A stretch of 64,000 bases of DNA from an uncultured Selenomonadales bacterium (GTDB lineage Bacteria; Bacillota; Clostridia; Christensenellales; QALW01), in the NCBI GenBank assembly GCA_905200615.1, contig CAJKLB010000009.1, positions 2,143 to 66,142 of the forward strand. The letters are read 5' to 3'. The notes under the pieces were generated by a model, which worked only from the letters and a program-made list of their open reading frames with translations, had not been told where the DNA came from and ran no database searches. Of the stretch, positions 10,776-21,283 are shown one piece after another (position 1 is the stretch's first letter; every line of letters starts with the position of its first letter). The position numbers and the translations under genes were made by a program.

Positions 10776-11483
10776 ATGCTAAAAATAACGCATCTTACAA
10801 AAAGTTACGGAAATAAAAAAGCGGTGGATGATCTGACATTAGATATACAGCCGGGGGATATTTACGGGTTTATCGGTCATAACGGTGCGGGGAAGACGAC
10901 AACCATCAAATGCTGCTGCGGCATTACCCCTTTTGATGATGGCGAAATCCTGATTGACGGCCTTTCTGTTGTACAAGAGCCGGAAAAATGTAAAGCCATA
11001 ATGGCGTATATTCCGGATAACCCTGATCTATATGAATTTCTCACCGGCATTGCTTATCTGAATTTTATTGCGGACGTTTACGGAGTTCCTAAGAATGTTC
11101 GGGAGGAAAAAATTCAGCTTTATGCCGATACTTTTGAAATTACGGCTGATTTAGCGCAACCGATCAGTGCTTATTCGCACGGTATGAAACAAAAACTTGC
11201 TATTATATCCGCGTTGATTCATTCCCCGAAACTGATTATCATGGATGAACCTTTTGTAGGACTTGATCCCAAGGCCACGCATTCTTTAAAACTGATTATG
11301 AAGGATATCGTAAGCAACGGCGGCGCGATTTTCTTTTCAACGCATGTGTTGGAAGTTGCCGAGAAGCTTTGCAATAAAATTGCTATTATCAAGGGCGGGC
11401 GTTTGATCCAATGCGGCAATACCCAGGAAGTTAAGGGGAATGCCAGTTTGGAAGATGTATTTCTTGAATTGGAGGAAAAATAA
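10776..11483 (+). CDS. ABC transporter ATP-binding protein
   Basis: Walker A GHNGAGKTT, signature-like YSHGMKQKL, Walker B LIIMDEP. RBS GGAGGG lies upstream. Confidence 0.9.
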   Translation: MLKITHLTKSYGNKKAVDDLTLDIQPGDIYGFIGHNGAGKTTTIKCCCGITPFDDGEILIDGLSVVQEPEKCKAIMAYIPDNPDLYEFLTGIAYLNFIADVYGVPKNVREEKIQLYADTFEITADLAQPISAYSHGMKQKLAIISALIHSPKLIIMDEPFVGLDPKATHSLKLIMKDIVSNGGAIFFSTHVLEVAEKLCNKIAIIKGGRLIQCGNTQEVKGNASLEDVFLELEEK

Positions 11484-11485
11484 AA

Positions 11486-13066
11486 ATGTTTAAAGCGCTT
11501 GTAAGCACAAGGCTGAAATATTTTTTGCATTCGTTTATTACAGGAAGAAATAAAAAGCAAACAAAAAAAATGGGTGCCGGAATGCTTGTTTTGATTGCAT
11601 TTTGTATGATTTTTTTATGCTTTTCTTTCGGAACGATTTGGTATCAGATGGGAGTAGGTCTGGTTCCCGCAGGATTTGGAAGTCTTTATTTTTCAATGGC
11701 TTTTATTATGGCTTTTGCCCTCTGCTTTTTAGGCAGCGTTTTTGTAACGCAAAAAGAGATTTATGAGGCAAAGGATAACGATCTTTTACTTTCTATGCCT
11801 ATCCGACCGATTTTAATTCTGTTCAGTCGTTTGGCGGCTTTAGTCATACTTTGTTTCCTTTATCAGTTGATTATTATGCTTCCTGCTTATATTTCTTATG
11901 TAATGATCGCAGGGTTTGAGCTGATTACTTTTTTTATCTTTGTCCTGTTGAATATTTTATTTCCCTTCCTCAGTGTTGCGATCAGCAGCATTTTCGGATG
12001 GATACTGGCTATGGTAAGCCGAAAGCTCGGCGGAAAAAATATCATAACGGTGATTGTTTCGCTTGTCGGTTTAGTTCTTTACTTTTACGTTTACGGACAA
12101 ATACAAACCATTATAAGCGGTATTTCTTCTGCCGGAGGACAGCTGACGCAGCTTTTTCAAAATTCCTTATATCCGATATTTGCGTTCGGAAACGCTGTGG
12201 TATCTCATGGAATATTAGAGTTGCTCACGTCCATTCTTATTTGCGTTCTTCCGTTTGCCTTGATGGCTTGGCTGCTTTCCAGAAATTTTGTAAAAATTGT
12301 GGCGGGGCAGAAACAAATCAGACGGAAAAAATATGTGGCCGGAAGATTAAAAAGCAGCAGCAATTACAGCGCGTTATTAAAAAAAGAAGCAAAGCATTTT
12401 TTCGGCAACCCAATGTATCTTCTCAATGGAGGCCTAGGATATATTCTAATGATCGGAATTGCTGTGTTTTCAATTTTTGAAATGGATCAATTGGACACTG
12501 TTTTACAGCAAATACCTCAGTTGCATACGTTTAAAATGCCCATATGTCTTTTTATTTTATGTTTTATGGGGGCTACCGGATTGATTTCGGCGCCTTCTGT
12601 TTCTTTAGAAGGAAAAACACTGTGGCTGTTAAAAGTTATTCCGGTGCCGGTAAAAAATATTTTGCGTGCTAAAGCGGATCTTCAAGTTTGGATATCCTGT
12701 ATTGCCACTGTTCTTTCGGCTGTGATTTTACATTTTACGGTACGTCTTACTTTGTTTGAAACGATTATGCTTATATTGACTGCCTGCCTTTTTCAGTATA
12801 CAGGCGCTTATACCGGATTATATATCAATCTGCTGCTGCCTAAATTCGATTGGATTAATGAAACTGTTGCAATAAAGCAATCGGCCAGCGTTATAATCGC
12901 CATGCTTATTATGATGACACTTACGGGGCTTTCTGTGGCATTCCTCTTTCTTATAGAAAATGTCACATTATTTACGGCATTGATTACAGTAATTTATGCG
13001 GGTACCGCATGGGGAACTTTTGAATTATGCATGCATTCAGGCGTGAAAAAATTTAAAGCTTTATAA
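11486..13066 (+). CDS. Multi-pass membrane protein, probable permease partner of the ABC ATPase
   Basis: 526 aa with at least 10 hydrophobic segments. It starts 2 nt after the ATPase stop. Confidence 0.7.
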   Translation: MFKALVSTRLKYFLHSFITGRNKKQTKKMGAGMLVLIAFCMIFLCFSFGTIWYQMGVGLVPAGFGSLYFSMAFIMAFALCFLGSVFVTQKEIYEAKDNDLLLSMPIRPILILFSRLAALVILCFLYQLIIMLPAYISYVMIAGFELITFFIFVLLNILFPFLSVAISSIFGWILAMVSRKLGGKNIITVIVSLVGLVLYFYVYGQIQTIISGISSAGGQLTQLFQNSLYPIFAFGNAVVSHGILELLTSILICVLPFALMAWLLSRNFVKIVAGQKQIRRKKYVAGRLKSSSNYSALLKKEAKHFFGNPMYLLNGGLGYILMIGIAVFSIFEMDQLDTVLQQIPQLHTFKMPICLFILCFMGATGLISAPSVSLEGKTLWLLKVIPVPVKNILRAKADLQVWISCIATVLSAVILHFTVRLTLFETIMLILTACLFQYTGAYTGLYINLLLPKFDWINETVAIKQSASVIIAMLIMMTLTGLSVAFLFLIENVTLFTALITVIYAGTAWGTFELCMHSGVKKFKAL

Positions 13067-13073
13067 AATTTAT

Positions 13074-13115
13074 ATCCCCCTAAAAATCATTTGATTTTTA
13101 GGGGGATACGTTTTA
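13074..13115. terminator. Bidirectional intrinsic terminator (ABC permease / guaA)
   Basis: Perfect 16-nt arms ATCCCCCTAAAAATCA / TGATTTTTAGGGGGAT (13074-13107), followed by a T-rich tract. Confidence 0.8.
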
Positions 13116-13258
13116 AGATAGAAAAATTTGTATTAACACGGATAAAATCATTTTTTTAATACAATTATCGCCTTGCGACGTTTTAACTATTGTATCTATT
13201 TTTTACGGAGACCTCAAAAAGCTTATTCAGAGGGCCTTTGCTGCGAGAAACATTGAAA

Positions 13259-14785
13259 CTATTCCCACTCAATTGTCGCCGGAGGCTTACCGGTAATATC
13301 GTATACGACACGATTGATATGGGGAACCTCATTGACGATGCGGGAGGAAATTCGATCCAGAAGAGAGTAGGGGAGATGCGCATAGGTGCAGGTCATAAAA
13401 TCACTTGTGATGACAGCGCGTACTGCAACGGTATAATCATACGTGCGTCCGTCACCCATAACGCCCACGCTTCGCGTATTAGTCAAAACGGCAAAATATT
13501 GATGCGCTTTTGCGCGAGAGTGAGAGATTTCATCGCGTACGATCGCGTCAGCTTCACGCAAAACATCTAATTTTTCTTTGGTTATCTCACCTACAATACG
13601 GATTGCTAACCCCGGACCGGGGAACGGTTGACGATTTATTAATACGTTAGCAAGTTTTAACCGGCGGCCAAGCTGGCGCACTTCATCTTTAAAAAGACCG
13701 CGCAACGGCTCCACTAAACCGATAAAGCCCATATCTTTCGGCAGGCCGCCTACATTATGATGGCTTTTTATTGTAGCGGAATTATTAGCGCCGGATTCGA
13801 TGACGTCCGGGTAAATTGTACCTTGAGCAAGAAATTTACAGTCTCCGTATTTACGGGCTTCTTCCTCAAAGAGGGCTACGAATTCACGACCGATAATTTT
13901 ACGTTTTTGTTCCGGATCGGTAACACCGCTGAGCTTTTTAAGAAAACGATCCTGAGCGTTGACACGTACGAATTGAAGCTTTTTCTTTGAAAATACGGCT
14001 TCAATTTCATCCCCCTCGTTTTTGCGCATACAGCCGTGATCTACAAAGATGCATACAACCTGATGAGGAATGGCTTTTTCAAGCAATGCTGCGCATACAG
14101 AGGAATCTACGCCGCCGGAGAGGCCTAAAAGAACCTTTTCATTGCCTACTTGAGCACGGATAGCCTGAACCTGCTGTTGAATGTAATCTTCCATGGTAAA
14201 ATCACCTGTTGCGCCGCAGATGTTATAAACAAAATTTTTGATCATTGCGGTACCGTTTTCGGTCGTTTCTACTTCCGGATGAAACTGCAATCCGTAAAGA
14301 TTTCTTTGGGTGTTGGCAATGGCGGCATTGGTACAGTTATCAGAATGGGCGATAGAAATAAAGCCCGGCGGGAGAGTTTCTACATGGTCTGTATGGCTCA
14401 TCAGAGTTTTATTGTTTTGCGGAATGTTTTTAAATAAAAGAGAAGACGTATCAAGAATAGTGTCAATTTTACCATATTCGCGCATAAAACCGCTTTCTAC
14501 GGTGCCGCCGAGCGTGTGACACATCAGCTGAAGACCGTAGCATATACCCAAAACAGGAATTCCCAGGTCAAAAACGGCAGGATCGCATGTCGGTGCGTTC
14601 ACTTCATATACACTGCTGGGACCTCCGGTAAAGATAATTCCTATAGGATTCAATTCTTTGATTTGTGCTGCGGTAAGATTTCCCGGTTTGATAACGGAAT
14701 ACACATGACACTCACGCACGCGCCGGGCAATCAGTTCTTTGTATTGACCGCCGAAATCAAGTACAAGTATGGTTTGGTTTTGCAT
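13259..14785 (-). CDS. guaA: GMP synthase (glutamine-hydrolysing)
   Basis: 508 aa with GATase Cys GICYGLQ, PP-loop [10 protein letters not shown], and C-terminus PPATIEWE. Confidence 0.95.
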   Translation of the reverse strand: MQNQTILVLDFGGQYKELIARRVRECHVYSVIKPGNLTAAQIKELNPIGIIFTGGPSSVYEVNAPTCDPAVFDLGIPVLGICYGLQLMCHTLGGTVESGFMREYGKIDTILDTSSLLFKNIPQNNKTLMSHTDHVETLPPGFISIAHSDNCTNAAIANTQRNLYGLQFHPEVETTENGTAMIKNFVYNICGATGDFTMEDYIQQQVQAIRAQVGNEKVLLGLSGGVDSSVCAALLEKAIPHQVVCIFVDHGCMRKNEGDEIEAVFSKKKLQFVRVNAQDRFLKKLSGVTDPEQKRKIIGREFVALFEEEARKYGDCKFLAQGTIYPDVIESGANNSATIKSHHNVGGLPKDMGFIGLVEPLRGLFKDEVRQLGRRLKLANVLINRQPFPGPGLAIRIVGEITKEKLDVLREADAIVRDEISHSRAKAHQYFAVLTNTRSVGVMGDGRTYDYTVAVRAVITSDFMTCTYAHLPYSLLDRISSRIVNEVPHINRVVYDITGKPPATIEWE

Positions 14786-14824
14786 AAAAAATCTTCCTTA
14801 AAATAATATTTATATTACGCATTG

Positions 14825-14853
14825 AATATATAATAAAATGCGCATTTTGTCAA
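14825..14853 (-). promoter_or_regulatory. Predicted guaA promoter
   Basis: On the minus strand: TTGACA (14853-14848), 17-nt spacer containing the palindrome AATGCGCATT, then TATATT (14830-14825). Confidence 0.45.
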
Positions 14854-14938
14854 TAAAAAAGACCATAGCGTTCCTAAGAAACAATGGTTTTGAAGAATAA
14901 AAACAGATTTTTTTTTTTATGAGAACAGCAGATAAATA

Positions 14939-14967
14939 TTGCTAAAAAATGCGTTTGATGATATAAT
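14939..14967 (+). promoter_or_regulatory. Predicted asnA promoter
   Basis: TTGCTA (14939-14944), 17-nt spacer, then TGaTATAAT extended -10 (TATAAT 14962-14967). Confidence 0.55.
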
Positions 14968-15001
14968 GCATACGATAAAAATAAAGAATTCGAGGGATGC
15001 T

Positions 15002-16009
15002 ATGAATCATGTAATGATACCTCGGCATTATGAGGAAAAATTAGACATTTATCAAACACAGCTTGCTATCGGCAGATTAAAACAAATATTTCAAAAAAAA
15101 TTAGCAGCCGCGCTGAACTTGAAACGCGTAACGGCGCCGTTATTTGTTTTACCGGAAACCGGATTAAATGATGATTTAAACGGAGTAGAACGAGCGGTTA
15201 CTTTTGATATAAAGGCTACGGGGAAAATGGCGCAAGTGGTTCATTCCCTTGCAAAGTGGAAACGCATGGCGTTGCATGACTACCATTTTGAAATCGGGAC
15301 AGGATTATATACGGATATGAACGCGATACGCCGTGATGAAGAGTTGGATAATTTTCATTCCGTGTATGTTGACCAATGGGATTGGGAACGGGTGATTACA
15401 CGAGAACAAAGGAATATCGAATTTTTAAAAAGCACGGTAGAGCAGATCGTTACGGCTATTGCCGATACCTTGCAGGAGATAAAAAAAGAATTCCCCGCGC
15501 TTACGGCGAACGTTAAGCGGGAAGTTGCATTTATTACTTCACAGGAGCTGGAAGATTTATATCCCGCGCTTTCCCCCAAAGAACGGGAAAATAGGTATAC
15601 AAAGGAGCATGGCACAGTTTTTATTATGCAGATCGGGGATCGCCTGAAATCCGGAAAGCCGCATGACGGCAGAGCCCCGGATTATGATGATTGGAAACTT
15701 AACGGTGATATTTTCTTTTGGAATGATGTGCTGGAGTGTGCTATGGAAATTTCATCAATGGGAATACGAGTGGATGAAAAGGCGCTGGATGAGCAATTGA
15801 ATAAGACAGATTGCAATTATCGGCGTGTTTTGCCTTTTCATCGTATGCTGCTGGCAGGGGAATTGCCGCTTACGATCGGCGGCGGTATCGGACAATCCAG
15901 ATTATGTATGCTGCTGCTGCAAAAAGCACATATCGGTCAGGTTCAGGTATCGGTTTGGGATGAGGAAACGATAAAAACTTGCAGTGAAAACGGTATTTCC
16001 TTGCTTTAA
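15002..16009 (+). CDS. asnA: Aspartate-ammonia ligase (asparagine synthetase A)
   Basis: Motifs VVHSLAKWKR, HSVYVDQWDWERV and GGGIGQSRLCMLLLQKAHIGQVQ match E. coli AsnA. The ATG at 15002 has a GAGGGA RBS. The ORF-track start at 14939 lies in the predicted promoter. Confidence 0.92.
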   Translation: MNHVMIPRHYEEKLDIYQTQLAIGRLKQIFQKKLAAALNLKRVTAPLFVLPETGLNDDLNGVERAVTFDIKATGKMAQVVHSLAKWKRMALHDYHFEIGTGLYTDMNAIRRDEELDNFHSVYVDQWDWERVITREQRNIEFLKSTVEQIVTAIADTLQEIKKEFPALTANVKREVAFITSQELEDLYPALSPKERENRYTKEHGTVFIMQIGDRLKSGKPHDGRAPDYDDWKLNGDIFFWNDVLECAMEISSMGIRVDEKALDEQLNKTDCNYRRVLPFHRMLLAGELPLTIGGGIGQSRLCMLLLQKAHIGQVQVSVWDEETIKTCSENGISLL

Positions 16010-16034
16010 TGAAAACGATAAGGAGGAATTTTTA

Positions 16035-16295
16035 ATGCGTTATGATTACCAGACAAAAGGAACCTGTTCTACAAAAATTTCTTTTGATATTGACGGAAAT
16101 GTTATAAGAAATGTCCAATTTACCGGCGGATGCAACGGTAATTTAAAGGCAATTTCTTCTTTAGTTGACGGAATGACCGTGCAGGAAATTGAAAAGAAAC
16201 TTCAGGGAATTACCTGCGGATGGAAGAAAACCAGTTGTTCCGATCAGTTAGCCAATGCGGTCCGTAAGGCTTATGAGGAAAGCAGGCATGAATGA
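16035..16295 (+). CDS. Small TSCPD-domain protein (Cys-rich)
   Basis: 86 aa starting MRYDYQTKGTCS..., with GGCNGN and CGWKKTSCSDQLA. RBS AGGAGG lies upstream of the ATG at 16035. Confidence 0.7.
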   Translation: MRYDYQTKGTCSTKISFDIDGNVIRNVQFTGGCNGNLKAISSLVDGMTVQEIEKKLQGITCGWKKTSCSDQLANAVRKAYEESRHE

Positions 16296-17448
16296 TTTTG
16301 TTTTCTATACGCCAACCCAAGTATTTTTTGGAAAAAACGCGTTGAGCAATATCGCTTTTCATATTCGCCGGCTGGGCGCCTCCCGTGTACTGCTGCATTT
16401 CGGCGGACATTCGGCGCTTTCTTCGGGGGTTATTGATAAAATAGAGTCGCAGTTGGCGCAAAACGATATAGATAGCGTTCGTCTTGGCGGCGTTTCTCCG
16501 AATCCGCGCATTGAACTGGTTCGCCAAGGAATCCGGCTTTGCAAAGATGAGAAAATCGATTTTATTCTTGCGATCGGCGGCGGTAGTGTTATTGACAGTG
16601 CCAAAAGCATTGGAATGGGGCTTGCAAATGAAAAAGATCCTTGGGAAATGATTTCTCAAAATATAATGCCTGAAAAACATTTTCCGATGGGCTGTGTGCT
16701 TACAATCGCCGCGGCAGGCAGTGAGATGAGTAATTCCCATGTCATCACAAACGGTATTATAAAGCGGTCACTCAATCATGATTTGCTGCGTCCGGATATC
16801 GCTTTTTTAAATCCTGAGCTGACCTATACGGTATCGCGCTTTCAAACCGGCTGTGGCACAGTCGATATTATGATGCATACGCTGGAACGCTTTTTTACCG
16901 CGGATGATACGGTTCAGCCTACGGATGCACTGGCTTTGGCGCTTTTAAAACAAGTAAAGCTTGCGGGTGAAACAGCCGCCGATGATCCGGAAAATTATGA
17001 GGCAAGAGCAACACTTATGTGGGCGTCCAGTCTTTCCCATAACGGATTGACCGGCTGCGGAAAGAATACATTGTTTCCTGTACATAAGCTGGAGCATGAT
17101 TTCAGCGGATTATATGATGTTGCTCACGGCGCGGGGCTTTCGGTTTTATTTCCTGCATGGGCAAAATATGTTTATCACTATGATCTTCCTCATTTTTCGC
17201 TTTTGGCACGGGAAGTATTTGATGTATGTCATGCGGATGATGCGGTTGCCGCATGGCAGGGAATAGAGAGCATGAAAGAATTTTTTAAACATATCGGAAT
17301 GCCGGTAACCATGAAGGAATTGGGAATTAAAAAAGAAGATTTTTGCAAAATTGCCGATATGACAACAGATGGCGGAAATAAAAAAATATTGTCATATATA
17401 CCTCTTGAAAAAGAGGATATTTTAAAAATTTATGAATTAGCAAAGTAA
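16288..17448 (+). CDS. Iron-containing alcohol dehydrogenase (butanol dehydrogenase/YqhD-like)
   Basis: Motif GGGSVIDSAK plus His-rich metal-site residues. The start at 16288 overlaps the previous gene by 8 nt. Confidence 0.88.
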   Translation: MNDFVFYTPTQVFFGKNALSNIAFHIRRLGASRVLLHFGGHSALSSGVIDKIESQLAQNDIDSVRLGGVSPNPRIELVRQGIRLCKDEKIDFILAIGGGSVIDSAKSIGMGLANEKDPWEMISQNIMPEKHFPMGCVLTIAAAGSEMSNSHVITNGIIKRSLNHDLLRPDIAFLNPELTYTVSRFQTGCGTVDIMMHTLERFFTADDTVQPTDALALALLKQVKLAGETAADDPENYEARATLMWASSLSHNGLTGCGKNTLFPVHKLEHDFSGLYDVAHGAGLSVLFPAWAKYVYHYDLPHFSLLAREVFDVCHADDAVAAWQGIESMKEFFKHIGMPVTMKELGIKKEDFCKIADMTTDGGNKKILSYIPLEKEDILKIYELAK

Positions 17449-17462
17449 CGGAGGATTTTAGT

Positions 17463-17780
17463 ATGGAAAGATATGCATGGAAAGCGGTTGTGAAAGAAGG
17501 ATGCCTTGAGGAATATGTTCGCAGGCATCAGGAAATTTGGCCGGAGTTGGTGGAATTGTTAAAACAGGCCGGCGTATGCAATTACAGTATATGGAATGTA
17601 GGAAATGAACTTTTTGGTTATTATGAATGCGCCAAAGGCGTTGATTTTGCGGCTAAAACACAGGCAGAGAGTCCCTTGGTGGATAAATGGAACGAGTATA
17701 TGAAAGATGTAATGATCATGGAAATGGATCCGGTTACAGGTGCACAGCCGATGCTTACCGAGGTTTTTCGGCTGGATTAA
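17463..17780 (+). CDS. rhaM: L-rhamnose mutarotase
   Basis: 105 aa. MERYAWKAVVKEGCLEEYVRRHQEIWPEL... NYSIW... is typical of the RhaM family. Confidence 0.8.
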   Translation: MERYAWKAVVKEGCLEEYVRRHQEIWPELVELLKQAGVCNYSIWNVGNELFGYYECAKGVDFAAKTQAESPLVDKWNEYMKDVMIMEMDPVTGAQPMLTEVFRLD

Positions 17781-17789
17781 TTAATGAAA

Positions 17790-17830
17790 AGTCTTGATTT
17801 GCAGATAAAAGCAAAATCAAGGCTTTTTTT
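17790..17830 (+). terminator. Intrinsic terminator after rhaM
   Basis: Stem AGTCTTGATTT / AAATCAAGGCT with one G-U pair, followed by T7. Confidence 0.75.
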
Positions 17831-18071
17831 ATGGTATTTTTTAATTACGGATAATTTGTGAATAGAAAAAATAAAATTTTAATAGTTGATTTTCCATACA
17901 AAAGCAGGCTTTAAGGAATTTCAGAAGGTGAAAATAAATTTTTTATTCATACGATGATACTAATTCTGAGGATTGCCTTCAAGATAAAGCATTTGTGAAC
18001 AATAAAATTTTTTTAATTTTATAACGAATGATATGATGAAAAAATAAAGCAAATGCTGACGTTGTAAAAGC

Positions 18072-18100
18072 TTGATTTTTGTCTAAATAGACGGTATAAT
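18072..18100 (+). promoter_or_regulatory. Predicted promoter of the sulfatase operon
   Basis: TTGATT (18072-18077), 17-nt spacer, TATAAT (18095-18100). The ORF-track ATG at 18099 lies inside the -10 box, so it is unlikely to be the start. Confidence 0.55.
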
Positions 18101-18131
18101 GAAACAAGAAAAAGAAAGGAATTCTTTATTT

Positions 18132-19757
18132 ATGAGTAAGCAACCGAATATTGTTTTGATTATGGCTGATCAACTGGCCGCTTCTTTTATTGGCTGTTAC
18201 GGCAGCGGCGTAGCGTCTACGCCGAATTTAGATACGTTAGCGGAAAATGGCTGCCGTTTTACCAGAAATTATGCCGCCGCTCCGGTATGCGCCCCTAACC
18301 GCGCCTGCATTTTGACAGGGCGATCCACCAGCATTAATGGAATTTGCTTTAATAATTTTTCATTAGGCGGAGAAAATCCGGCGTATCCGCATGTGCTGCG
18401 CCGTAACGGATATGTTACCGGAGGTTTCGGAAAATTCCATGTTACCCCCATGATGTGGCCGGTACCGCGGAACTTGGAACATTTAGGGTTTGAAGAATCG
18501 GTTGTCTCAGAAGATCCGAAATGGGGGCCGTATATTGATTGGGTAAAGGAAAATTATCCGCAATATCTTGATCGGGTAATTGCTATTACCAATGATCACA
18601 GCGGTCAGCGCGGCGCGTCCGTTCCTGTTGAAACACTGCAGGGAGCTACCAAGGAAGAAGTAGAAAATAAGAAACAGTGGTTTGAGGAGTATATGCGTCC
18701 GCGCATGGAAGAATCTTTATGGGATAGAATGTATCCGTCTCCTGTGCCGGCGGAGGCTCATGACACCCGATATATTACCGAACTCGGCCTTGATTTTATT
18801 AACAGGCATGCCGGTAAAGACCAGCCTTTCTTCTGTCATATTTCCTATGTGGATCCGCATGATCCGTACAATCCGCCGGAGCCGTATGCTTCCATGTTCT
18901 CACCGGAGGATATGCTTGACGCGCTGCCTCAGGAATGGACGGAAGAGGATTTTCCGTATTTGGCGCAGGCACAAAAAGGGTATCTCCGCTTTGATAAAAT
19001 TAAAGATTCCCCCGAAGCTGTTGCAAAACTTCGCGCGCTTTATCATGGTTCCATTAAATTTATTGATGATCAGATCGGCAGAGTGATTGCCAGAATAAAG
19101 GAATTGGGCATTTGGGATGATACGATTATTATCTTTACCACGGATCACGGAGATCTGATGGGAGATCACGGATTGATTGCAAAAGGGGAAACGCACTATG
19201 ACGCTTGTATCAGAACGCCGCTGATTGTATCGGGAGGACCCATAGCAAAGGGGGTTGTTTCCGAAAGACTGACAAGTTCACTGGATTTGTATCCTACGCT
19301 TTGCGCATGGGCACAGACTCCCAAGGAAGAATTACCGCCAATAGAGGGAATATCTTTTGCAAATGTATGTACAGGGGCTTCGGATGATCCGCATCAGGAA
19401 ATCGGTGTCATGATGGGTAATAGCTCTACGATTATTACACAAGACGGCTATCGCCTTACCTTGCATACCGCGCAAAAACTTACCGGACAAATGTTTTATT
19501 TGCGGCAAGATCCCTTTGAACAGCATAATTTGTATCGGGATCCGGCCTATAATGCCAAAAAACAGGAATTGCTCGAAAGGTTGGTACGTATAAAAAACCG
19601 TCCCGCTACAGTACCCCAGTACGCGGTTTTGCCGGTAAAAGACGGCCGCGCGTTTATTAACGATGGCTGTACGAAAAGTATTCCGTTATATCCGCAAACA
19701 CGTTCTCCATGGCATGAGGATATTCCCAAGCCTTGCTGGCGCGGAGAAAAAAAGTAA
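18132..19757 (+). CDS. Cys-type sulfatase, no signal peptide
   Basis: N-terminus MSKQPNIVLIMADQL, formylglycine motif CAPNRACILTGR, and TTDHGD. RBS GAAAGGAA lies upstream of 18132. Confidence 0.88.
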   Translation: MSKQPNIVLIMADQLAASFIGCYGSGVASTPNLDTLAENGCRFTRNYAAAPVCAPNRACILTGRSTSINGICFNNFSLGGENPAYPHVLRRNGYVTGGFGKFHVTPMMWPVPRNLEHLGFEESVVSEDPKWGPYIDWVKENYPQYLDRVIAITNDHSGQRGASVPVETLQGATKEEVENKKQWFEEYMRPRMEESLWDRMYPSPVPAEAHDTRYITELGLDFINRHAGKDQPFFCHISYVDPHDPYNPPEPYASMFSPEDMLDALPQEWTEEDFPYLAQAQKGYLRFDKIKDSPEAVAKLRALYHGSIKFIDDQIGRVIARIKELGIWDDTIIIFTTDHGDLMGDHGLIAKGETHYDACIRTPLIVSGGPIAKGVVSERLTSSLDLYPTLCAWAQTPKEELPPIEGISFANVCTGASDDPHQEIGVMMGNSSTIITQDGYRLTLHTAQKLTGQMFYLRQDPFEQHNLYRDPAYNAKKQELLERLVRIKNRPATVPQYAVLPVKDGRAFINDGCTKSIPLYPQTRSPWHEDIPKPCWRGEKK

Positions 19758-19815
19758 AACCCGCTATTACCATTGCTTATGATTGATTTACAGTATTTCA
19801 GAAAGGAATAAAAAA

Positions 19816-21240
19816 ATGAAAAATGTTCTTTTGCTTTTTACCGATCAGCAGCGCAGCGATACAATTGCCGCCTTGGGAAATCCGATTATCCAAACGCCGG
19901 CCTTAGACGCGCTAGCCGGAGATTCAACGGTGTTTTCCCGCTGTTACACTCCGTCACCGGTATGTGTGCCTGCTCGGTTGTGTATGATGCAGGGAACATA
20001 TCCCAATCGCAACGGCTGTAATGATAATATGGATAATTTCCGTTATGAAGGAAAAACCTTGTATCAACGCTTTACTGAGCAAGGATATACAACAATGGGA
20101 ATCGGCAAGATGCATTTTCCCTGTGATGCGTATGGCCTTCATGGCTTTGCCGCACGAAAGACGCAGGAAGAATTGGCTGCGCCGCAAGACGATTATTACA
20201 AATATTTAGTGCAAAACGGCTATACAGATGTATTTGATTATAACGGTCAGCGCAGTGAGATGTATTATATTCCGCAAATTTCCCGTTTGCCGCAGCAGGT
20301 ACATCCGACACAGTGGGTAGGGGATCAAGCGGTAGATTTTTTACGGAAGCAGTCATCCGAACAGCCTTTTTTTCTGATGACCTCCTTTATTCATCCTCAT
20401 CCGCCGTTTGCTCCGCCTATTCCGTGGAATAAGCTTTATCGCCGTAATCTGCCGGCGCCCTTCGTTCCCGAAGAAAGCAAAGAGCTGATAAGCTATCATA
20501 ATATATTGCAAAACCAATATAAAGGATTGAGCGTTGGCATTGATCAACATTTGCTGGGACTGTTAAAAGGTTTTTATTATGCTTGTATTTCGTTCGTCGA
20601 TTATCAGATTTCCCGGATTATTGATATGTTGAAACAGCGGGGATTCTATGAAAACACAATTATCGTTTTTTCCTCCGATCACGGGGAAATGCTGGGTGAT
20701 TATCATTGCCTTGGAAAGCGTACCATGCTTGATGCGGCCTGTAAGGTTCCTTTGCTTATAAAAACGGGCAGCGGTCACTCTGTACGCCGTGATCCGGCTT
20801 CGTTAGTAGATATTGCGCCTACGCTGCTTTCTTTGGCCGGAATTCCGTATCAAAAAGAAGATTTTGACGGTGTTGATTTAACAAAACAGCGGCACGAGGT
20901 TGTATATTCCCAGTTCAGCAGCGGTGATACCGGTCTTTACATGGTTGCTTCGGAAAACGATAAGCTGATATACTCCCAAGCCGACCGGAGATATTGGTAT
21001 TTTGATGCTTTTCCGGAAAATCATGATGCGTATCAGCCGGAACAGAAGCGGATTGGCTATATGAAGCAATTATTAAAGGATTACTGCAAAAAGGATACAG
21101 CATCTCCGGTTCGGGAAAACGTTGCCGCGAAACTGGAAGAATGCAGAAAGAAACCTTATCAGGATTTTCGGCAGGATCATGTGTTTTTGCATGAGAAAGA
21201 ACTTGCCGCTATGCCGGAAGGATACCATATTGATTTATAA
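19816..21240 (+). CDS. Cys-type sulfatase paralogue, no signal peptide
   Basis: N-terminus MKNVLLLFTDQQRSD, motif CVPARLCMMQG, and SSDHGE. RBS GAAAGGAA lies upstream of 19816. Confidence 0.88.
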   Translation: MKNVLLLFTDQQRSDTIAALGNPIIQTPALDALAGDSTVFSRCYTPSPVCVPARLCMMQGTYPNRNGCNDNMDNFRYEGKTLYQRFTEQGYTTMGIGKMHFPCDAYGLHGFAARKTQEELAAPQDDYYKYLVQNGYTDVFDYNGQRSEMYYIPQISRLPQQVHPTQWVGDQAVDFLRKQSSEQPFFLMTSFIHPHPPFAPPIPWNKLYRRNLPAPFVPEESKELISYHNILQNQYKGLSVGIDQHLLGLLKGFYYACISFVDYQISRIIDMLKQRGFYENTIIVFSSDHGEMLGDYHCLGKRTMLDAACKVPLLIKTGSGHSVRRDPASLVDIAPTLLSLAGIPYQKEDFDGVDLTKQRHEVVYSQFSSGDTGLYMVASENDKLIYSQADRRYWYFDAFPENHDAYQPEQKRIGYMKQLLKDYCKKDTASPVRENVAAKLEECRKKPYQDFRQDHVFLHEKELAAMPEGYHIDL

Positions 21241-21283
21241 AAAATTTTATACCCAAAGACGGGGATAAAGAAAAGGAGAAAAG

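Noticed and set aside
14786-14938. Purine (guanine) riboswitch upstream of guaA
   Set aside because: The minus-strand leader is short and AT-rich. It lacks the conserved purine-riboswitch junction sequences and the three-stem layout. Only a promoter-like site is supported.
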